Assembly (NCBI GenBank): GCA_963762565.1
Contig: CAVXLD010000009.1
Span: 96,001-160,000, forward strand
Length of the DNA: 64,000 nt
Direction of reading: 5' to 3'
DNA from: an uncultured Verrucomicrobiae bacterium
GTDB lineage: Bacteria > Verrucomicrobiota > Verrucomicrobiia > Chthoniobacterales > JAFAMB01
Shown here: positions 58,383 through 64,000 of the stretch, piece by piece
Numbering within the stretch: the first letter of the stretch is position 1
Layout of the letters: each line of letters begins with the position of its first letter
Program-made: the position numbers and the translations under genes
Notes under the pieces: model-generated
Told to the model about the DNA's origin: nothing
What the model saw: only the letters and a program-made list of their open reading frames with translations
Databases searched by the model: none

Positions 58383-59641
58383 GCCGCTTTCGCCGCCTCC
58401 TTTTTCTCCATACGCCGGAGTTTCACTTCGACAACTCGCCGGCGGGTGCTCTCACGAACTTCCAAATCCAATGGCGGCACTTGCACCTTTTCCCCGGCAC
58501 GCGGCACATACCCGAGTCGATTGAAAATCAGTCCGTTGAGGGTGTCGAACTCCTCTGTGTCAAAATCAAGATGAAGCGCTTCCTCGAGATCTTCCAAACG
58601 AACACTACCGCACGCCCGCCAGTTCCCGTTGCCCAGTTCTTCAAGGTAAAGCTCTTCGTCTCCTCGCGGCGCCACTTCAGCCAGGATCTCGTCCAGAATA
58701 TCTCCCATGGTAACGACGCCCTCCGTGCCGCCAAATTCGTCGATCACGATCGCGAGCCTTTGGGGGTGCTTTAGAAATGCGCGCAACAGATCCAATGCAC
58801 GCATGGTTTCCGGAACGAATGACGGGACATCGACCTTTTCCGCATAATGCTCGGAAGGGTCGGCCAGGAAAGCTTTTACGTCCAAGATGCCTAAGATCTC
58901 GTCCGGGCTCTCACCAAAAACCGGCACCCGAGCCCGCCGTTTGATTCGGAGTTGCTCGATGACTTCTTCATTCGTCAACGAGTCAGTGATGAAAAAGGCG
59001 TCGACCCGAGGCGTCATACAATCCTTAACCGACTTGTTTCCCAATTTGATGATTGATTCGATCATCTCTTGCTCGTCCGGCCGGAGTTGACCCTGTTCGG
59101 CGCTCAATTCTACCAGCGCGATTAGCTCTTCATCGTCGAATTGCTCCACTCTCTCGAGCTTTGCCGGCAGGAAAAAACTAGCAATGACTTCAGAGGTGCG
59201 TTGTGAGAGCCGCGAGACAGGCCCAAAGATCGGAAGCAACACTCGCAGGAGCATGATCGCCTGGCGGGCGAACCGAAACGGGTCGCGCAAGGCTAACATC
59301 TTCGGCACCAGATCACAGACGATAACAATCAATGCGAAGAGGAACAACGTCTTGACCCAGTACGGGAACGGAATCGCAATCGACCTGGCAATGGCGACGG
59401 TCAGAAGAATCAACAGGATGTTTACCAGGGTATCGACCAGCAGGATGACGCTCAGCACTTCCCGAGGCTTCTTCATCATGCCTTCATATTGCTCGACTCC
59501 TTTAGGATCCTTCTTTCGCCAACGATGCAATCGCCAGTCCTTCATCGAGAAAAGTGCAGTTTCGATCCCCGAGATAAAAGCCGACACCGCCGCGAGAATT
59601 AGGAGAACCACTACCGCGACCAGGGATAGTTCCAATGGCAT
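58379..59641 (-). CDS. Hemolysin-like HlyC/CorC family transporter (CNNM + CBS + CorC)
   Basis: SGIETALFS, MTPRVD, VIDEFGGTEGVVTMGD, FDTLNG; ATG 59641. Confidence 0.88.
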   Translation of the reverse strand: MPLELSLVAVVVLLILAAVSAFISGIETALFSMKDWRLHRWRKKDPKGVEQYEGMMKKPREVLSVILLVDTLVNILLILLTVAIARSIAIPFPYWVKTLFLFALIVIVCDLVPKMLALRDPFRFARQAIMLLRVLLPIFGPVSRLSQRTSEVIASFFLPAKLERVEQFDDEELIALVELSAEQGQLRPDEQEMIESIIKLGNKSVKDCMTPRVDAFFITDSLTNEEVIEQLRIKRRARVPVFGESPDEILGILDVKAFLADPSEHYAEKVDVPSFVPETMRALDLLRAFLKHPQRLAIVIDEFGGTEGVVTMGDILDEILAEVAPRGDEELYLEELGNGNWRACGSVRLEDLEEALHLDFDTEEFDTLNGLIFNRLGYVPRAGEKVQVPPLDLEVRESTRRRVVEVKLRRMEKKEAAKAA

Positions 59642-59978
59642 AAACAGCGTCAGCCTACATCGCTCAGTCAGCCCCCGGTCGCGGCCCAAGGCTTGGCGAA
59701 GGCGGAAGTTGCCGGGCCTCTGAATTTACAACCTAATTTTTGCATTTTGCAGGCCGGAGCCATCTGTCGCATTGTCAGTGTGTCTAAGCGCGATACAAGA
59801 AAAATTCGGTGGTCTTGAAATTTCTATTCAATCTCTCTTTAAATAGCCGCAGTCTCAATTTAAAGCGATATCTGCCTGGCAAACACGCATTGCTTCCGGC
59901 TGGGTTCGGCATTAGCAGAACGGTTGACGGTATGGTTCCAGCTGTGGTTCTGGCGGGTTAGGAATTGAGAGGTCACGC

Positions 59979-60428
59979 ATGAAAAAAGGAAATCGGATCG
60001 AAGCCTTGGCCCGCGAGCTAGGTGCGGGGGACGAGGACGACATCTATTTCCGTGGCTATTTCTTGCTATTCAATCGCCAGGACTACTACCAAGCTCACGA
60101 CTTGCTGGAGCATATTTGGCTGCAAACGGATGGGCCTGAAGCCGCCTTTTACAAAGGACTCATTCAATTAGCGGGTGCATTTGTACATCTGCAGAAGCAG
60201 TTTCGCAGACCCTACCATCCCACCGACGGTCGCCGGCTGAATCCGGCATGGAGACTCTTTAAGCTGGCAAAGAAAAATCTGAAAGAGTTCACGCCAGACT
60301 ACCTCGGACTAAAGGTCGATCAAATTCTTGGTCTCTGCGATACCCAAATCACGGCACTGGAACACTCCCACTTCAGGACGAACCCATGGAATCCAGACAA
60401 TGCTCCTAAGCTGGCGGCTCCTGTTTAG
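59979..60428 (+). CDS. DUF309 domain protein
   Basis: FNRQDYYQAHDLLEHIW...YKGLIQLAGAFVH. Confidence 0.85.
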   Translation: MKKGNRIEALARELGAGDEDDIYFRGYFLLFNRQDYYQAHDLLEHIWLQTDGPEAAFYKGLIQLAGAFVHLQKQFRRPYHPTDGRRLNPAWRLFKLAKKNLKEFTPDYLGLKVDQILGLCDTQITALEHSHFRTNPWNPDNAPKLAAPV

Positions 60429-60474
60429 CCAGCATCCCTTAAAAATGCCCGATCAAAGGAGTTCAAGCAGACAC

Positions 60475-60682
60475 GGTAGGGCGAGGCTCCCGAAAGATGG
60501 AAAGGGGGTCGCAGGGCAAAATAATGTTTCGCTGGTCTATCAGGAGCATCATCGAAGAGCCGCCGAGCCGCGGGTTGCGCGACCCCCGGCTCGGCAGCTT
60601 TCAGAAATTGCGGCCCATATAGCGGTGAAACGCGCCTTCGCGCCGTGACCCATTTTGGGTCTTTCCGGAGCCTCGCCCTACC
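60475..60682. repeat. Palindromic repeat, family B
   Basis: ggtagggcgaggctcccg...cggagcctcgccctacc. Confidence 0.82.
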
Positions 60683-60734
60683 ATGTCTTCTTGCACTCCT
60701 TGAACTCCGAAATAAACTGTGCGCGTCTTTCACC

Positions 60735-61691
60735 ATGGCAGCACTCTTTAGGACTTCTATTCTCAGGACTTCTCTTCTCTTGGTTGCAGCCTTATTGCCC
60801 GTCGGGGTTAAGGCTCAGTTAGCGGCCGCCTATATCCTCACGGATCATACAAGCGGTTACACTCTGGAAGCTTATAAAGCCGAACAGAAACGCCCGATCG
60901 CCAGCCTCACCAAGATCGCGACTGCTAAAGTCGTTTTAGATTGGGCTGCGAGTACCGGCACCGATCTAAGCCAACTGATTTCAATCCCACCTCAGGCGAT
61001 CCGCCCATACTCCACTAATCCTATCGGGCTCCAACCCGATGACCAAATGAGCTATCGCGATCTCATTTATTCGGCCATGATGGAGTCCGATGGAACGGCT
61101 GCTCAGGCTTTGGCCTATACTGTCGGCGCTTCTCTCCGGGCACGGGCAGCCGGTTCCTTAGGCGAGCTCGGAGCCGTCGAAGCGTTCGTTACCCAGATGA
61201 ATGCGTTAGCCCGGCAACTTGGGATGGAAAAAACTCTTTTCGTGAATCCGGATGGGCTGGAACCTGAAAAAGGGCCGCAACCTTATTCCACCGCAGCCGA
61301 CGTGGTGAAGCTGGTTGCCTACGCGATGAATGACGCCGGATTTCGCTTCTATGTATCTCAACCGGAACGGAAAGTGACTTTCATTCGCGGCGGCCAGACT
61401 CTGGGATATTTGCTGCGAAACACCAACGAGCTCTTGGGCAGCAACGGAGTTGACGGCGTTAAAACCGGCACGACCGCTCGGGCGGGTCAGTGTATCGCTT
61501 TGTCTTCGCAAAAAGACCCGGAGATTCGCAAAGACGGCGAGACCACCTATGTTACCCCAAGACGGGTCGATGTGGTGATACTAGGAGCAGCCGACCGATT
61601 TAGTGTTGCACAGCAGCTGTTGAGTAGAGGCTGGAGCCTATATGAACAATGGGCTGCCGCAGGCAGACCCACGCAGACTTCAAAGCACTAA
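60735..61691 (+). CDS. D-alanyl-D-alanine carboxypeptidase (peptidase S11)
   Basis: Signal peptide; ASLTK (SxxK), FVNPDGL, KTGTT. Confidence 0.88.
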   Translation: MAALFRTSILRTSLLLVAALLPVGVKAQLAAAYILTDHTSGYTLEAYKAEQKRPIASLTKIATAKVVLDWAASTGTDLSQLISIPPQAIRPYSTNPIGLQPDDQMSYRDLIYSAMMESDGTAAQALAYTVGASLRARAAGSLGELGAVEAFVTQMNALARQLGMEKTLFVNPDGLEPEKGPQPYSTAADVVKLVAYAMNDAGFRFYVSQPERKVTFIRGGQTLGYLLRNTNELLGSNGVDGVKTGTTARAGQCIALSSQKDPEIRKDGETTYVTPRRVDVVILGAADRFSVAQQLLSRGWSLYEQWAAAGRPTQTSKH

Positions 61692-61697
61692 TTGCTT

Positions 61698-62780
61698 ATG
61701 TACCTGAGGAGAATCGGCATACTGACCAGCGGAGGAGATTGTCCTGGCTTAAATGCCGTGCTCCGCGGTGTTACCAAGGCAGCAGAGAAACTGAACTGGC
61801 AAGTAGTCGGGTTTCGAGACGGATTCGAAGGCTTGCTTCCCCCTTGCCAATACACAATCCTCGACCGGGCCTCGACCGCCGGAATCATGCAACTCGGCGG
61901 AACAATCCTGGGCACCACTAACAAGGGACATTTCGTCGCCAAGATAGGCGGCGGCGAAAGAACGATGGTCCCAAAAGAGGTTGTGGAGACCGCACGGGCA
62001 ACACTTGCTGAGATGGGCATCGACGGCCTGATCGTTGTGGGCGGAGACGGTTCTCTGACAACCGCCCTGCAGCTTTTCGAACAAGGCTTTTCCGTGATTG
62101 GCGTACCGAAAACGATCGACAATGACCTGGAGGCAACGGCGATGACGTTCGGGTTTTACTCTGCGGTCAGCTGCGTCACCGATGCGCTTGATCGTTTACA
62201 CTCGACCGCTGCCAGTCACAAGCGGGCGATGGTGCTCGAGGTGATGGGAAGACACGCCGGCTGGATTGCCCTTCACGGTGGAATCAGCGGAGGCGCCGAT
62301 GTTGTCTTACTGCCAGAGATTCCATTCGATTGGGAAAGAGTCGCCGACGTTGTCCGTAGGCGCGACGCAGAAGGCTATCAAAGCACCATGATCGTCGTCG
62401 CCGAAGGAGCTAGGCCTAAAGACGGCATCCAACACTACCAGGCGACGCAGGGCGGTGAACATCATTTCGGAGGGGTCGGCGAGATCGTCGCCCGGGAAAT
62501 AGCGGAACGAACTGGCAAAGAGACTCGTTACTGTATCCTGGGCCATTTACAGCGCGGCGGCACTCCGGGCCCTCTGGACCGAATTCTGGCCACCCGATTC
62601 GGGGTCAAGGCTGTGACTTTGATCCAGGAAGAAAAATTCGGCCGGATGGTGAGCTACCAGCACTACGAGATTGCCGATGTGCCAATCGCAGACGCTGTCC
62701 ATCAGTTACGCGTGGTCGATCCCTCCAACCAGCTGGTGGAAATGGCACGCTCGGTGGACATCAGCTTTGGGGACCAATAG
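61698..62780 (+). CDS. pfkA: 6-phosphofructokinase
   Basis: TSGGDCPGLNA, GGTILGT, GGDGS, PKTIDND, EVMGRHAG, LGHLQRGG. Confidence 0.95.
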   Translation: MYLRRIGILTSGGDCPGLNAVLRGVTKAAEKLNWQVVGFRDGFEGLLPPCQYTILDRASTAGIMQLGGTILGTTNKGHFVAKIGGGERTMVPKEVVETARATLAEMGIDGLIVVGGDGSLTTALQLFEQGFSVIGVPKTIDNDLEATAMTFGFYSAVSCVTDALDRLHSTAASHKRAMVLEVMGRHAGWIALHGGISGGADVVLLPEIPFDWERVADVVRRRDAEGYQSTMIVVAEGARPKDGIQHYQATQGGEHHFGGVGEIVAREIAERTGKETRYCILGHLQRGGTPGPLDRILATRFGVKAVTLIQEEKFGRMVSYQHYEIADVPIADAVHQLRVVDPSNQLVEMARSVDISFGDQ

Positions 62781-62783
62781 GGC

Positions 62784-62927
62784 CAGTAAGCAGTAAGCAG
62801 TAAGCAGTGTGTCAGTCATCAGTGATCAGCGATGAGTAATCCAGGCAAAGGCAACCCGTCCCAGGAATTTCCTAAACCCATCGGGGATACTGATTACTGA
62901 TTACCGCTTACTGCTTACTGCTTACTG
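62784..62927. repeat. Intergenic element bounded by inverted heptamer arrays
   Basis: (cagtaag)x3 ... (cttactg)x3. Confidence 0.75.
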
Positions 62928-62976
62928 TTTGACCACCCCCTATCGCGCCTTAGCACCGACCGACCTGCCACCAAGA

Positions 62977-63558
62977 ATGGACCATTTGCTCGAACTTCTG
63001 CAGCAGAACTCAAAACTATCGCTGGCCGACCTTAGCAAGCTGCTCGGACTTCCGATTCCTGAAATCCAACAGAAGATCGCAGATTACGAGAAGAGCGGCG
63101 TCATCTTGGCTTATCAGGCCGTTGTAGACCCGGAAAAGCTCGATGCCGATGCTGTGACTGCCTACATCGAGGTGCGGATCACGCCGGAACGAGGCGGAGG
63201 ATTCGATCGGCTGGCTCAACGTATTGCCCGATTTCAAGAGGTCAAAAGCTGCTGGTTGATGAGCGGAGGCTATGATCTGGCAGTCATTGTAGAAGGAGAA
63301 AATCTGAGACAGATCGCCCATTTCGTCTCCGAGAAATTGAGCACGGTGGAAGGGGTCATCGCTACCGCAACTAGGTTTCGACTGAAGACCTACAAACAAA
63401 ATGGGATGCTGCTCAGCGAACCTCCGCCAGTTGAAAGGTTGCCGGTTACAAGCCATGAATCCCGCCGAGGATTTCTCCAGGTACATCGCGCAACATGTCG
63501 CGGCGATACCCAAGTCCGGTATCCGAGATTTTTTCGAAGTAGTCCAGTCGATGACTGA
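62977..63558 (+). CDS. Lrp/AsnC-family transcriptional regulator (C-terminus extends into the next gene)
   Basis: N-terminal HTH, IEVRITPERGGGFD, LMSGGYDL, TATRFRLKTYK. Confidence 0.88.
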   Translation: MDHLLELLQQNSKLSLADLSKLLGLPIPEIQQKIADYEKSGVILAYQAVVDPEKLDADAVTAYIEVRITPERGGGFDRLAQRIARFQEVKSCWLMSGGYDLAVIVEGENLRQIAHFVSEKLSTVEGVIATATRFRLKTYKQNGMLLSEPPPVERLPVTSHESRRGFLQVHRATCRGDTQVRYPRFFRSSPVDD

Positions 63559-64000
63559 CGTTATTTCGTTGGGTATCGGCGAGCCTGACTACGTCACCCC
63601 TTGGAGAATTCGCGAGGCAGCCATATTTGCCTTAGAAAAAGGTAAAACCGGTTATACATCGAACCTCGGGCTGCCCCGTTTACGCGAATCGATCGCGTCT
63701 TATCTCTCCCGGCGGTATCAAATAAATTACGACCCGAAGCAGGAAGTGCTGGTCACGGTGGGAGTATCCGAGGCGCTAGATCTGGCGCTGCGGGCGATTG
63801 TAAATCCAGGTGACGAGATCATTTTTCACGAACCGAGCTACGTTTCTTACAGCCCAAGCATCATCCTGGTTGGTGGGAAACCCGTTTCGGTTGCAACTCG
63901 AGCGGAGAATAACTTCAGCCTGCTGGCGTCCGACCTGGAATCGAAGATCACTCCCCGTACCAAAGCCTTAGTTCTGAGTTTCCCCACCAATCCGACCGGT
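63455..64000 (+). CDS. Class I/II PLP-dependent aminotransferase, 3'-truncated by the window edge (absent from the ORF track)
   Basis: Hand translation MNPAEDFSRYIAQHVAAIPKSGIRDFF...ISLGIGEPDYVTPW...GYTSNLG...VTVGVSEALDL...FPTNPTG. Confidence 0.92.
   Translation, partial: MNPAEDFSRYIAQHVAAIPKSGIRDFFEVVQSMTDVISLGIGEPDYVTPWRIREAAIFALEKGKTGYTSNLGLPRLRESIASYLSRRYQINYDPKQEVLVTVGVSEALDLALRAIVNPGDEIIFHEPSYVSYSPSIILVGGKPVSVATRAENNFSLLASDLESKITPRTKALVLSFPTNPTG

Noticed and set aside
59700..59960. Divergent intergenic region as a possible ncRNA
   Set aside because: No family motif or convincing structure is visible by eye; an Rfam search would be needed.

Overview
Bacterial chromosomal window. Gene content and repeat style suggest a soil Verrucomicrobiota/Chthoniobacterales-like organism (inference). 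Housekeeping genes at both ends (yitJ-like, rpsT, thpR, larC, tal, carA, infA, mutL, IscA/HesB, pfkA, Lrp plus aminotransferase) surround an accessory region of about 30 kb (10.5-41 kb). Its core is a class II lanthipeptide (RiPP) gene cluster: TolC, HlyD, two NHLM-type ABC transporters (one with a C39 peptidase), a sensor-less sigma54 activator, and a clear -24/-12 promoter with upstream repeats. The promoter precedes one nitrile-hydratase-like-leader (NHLP) peptide with a Cys-free tail and FOUR tandem 40-aa precursor genes that the ORF track largely misses (core TFDNNSCNALIEATVIVG, identical in all four). A terminator-like hairpin and a CCG-type LanM follow. Candidate tailoring or accessory genes nearby are a tandem GNAT, a JmjC/cupin oxygenase, an extended PIMT-like O-methyltransferase, two divergent oligoendopeptidase F paralogues, three DUF3060-like secreted proteins, a stand-alone LanC-like protein and an actinobacterial-type carboxylic acid reductase. 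Intergenic regions carry two families of nested palindromic REP/REPIN-like elements, long perfect hairpins and an IS200-type tnpA with inverted flanks. No rRNA, tRNA or CRISPR array was found. All calls come from reading motifs by eye; no database searches were run.
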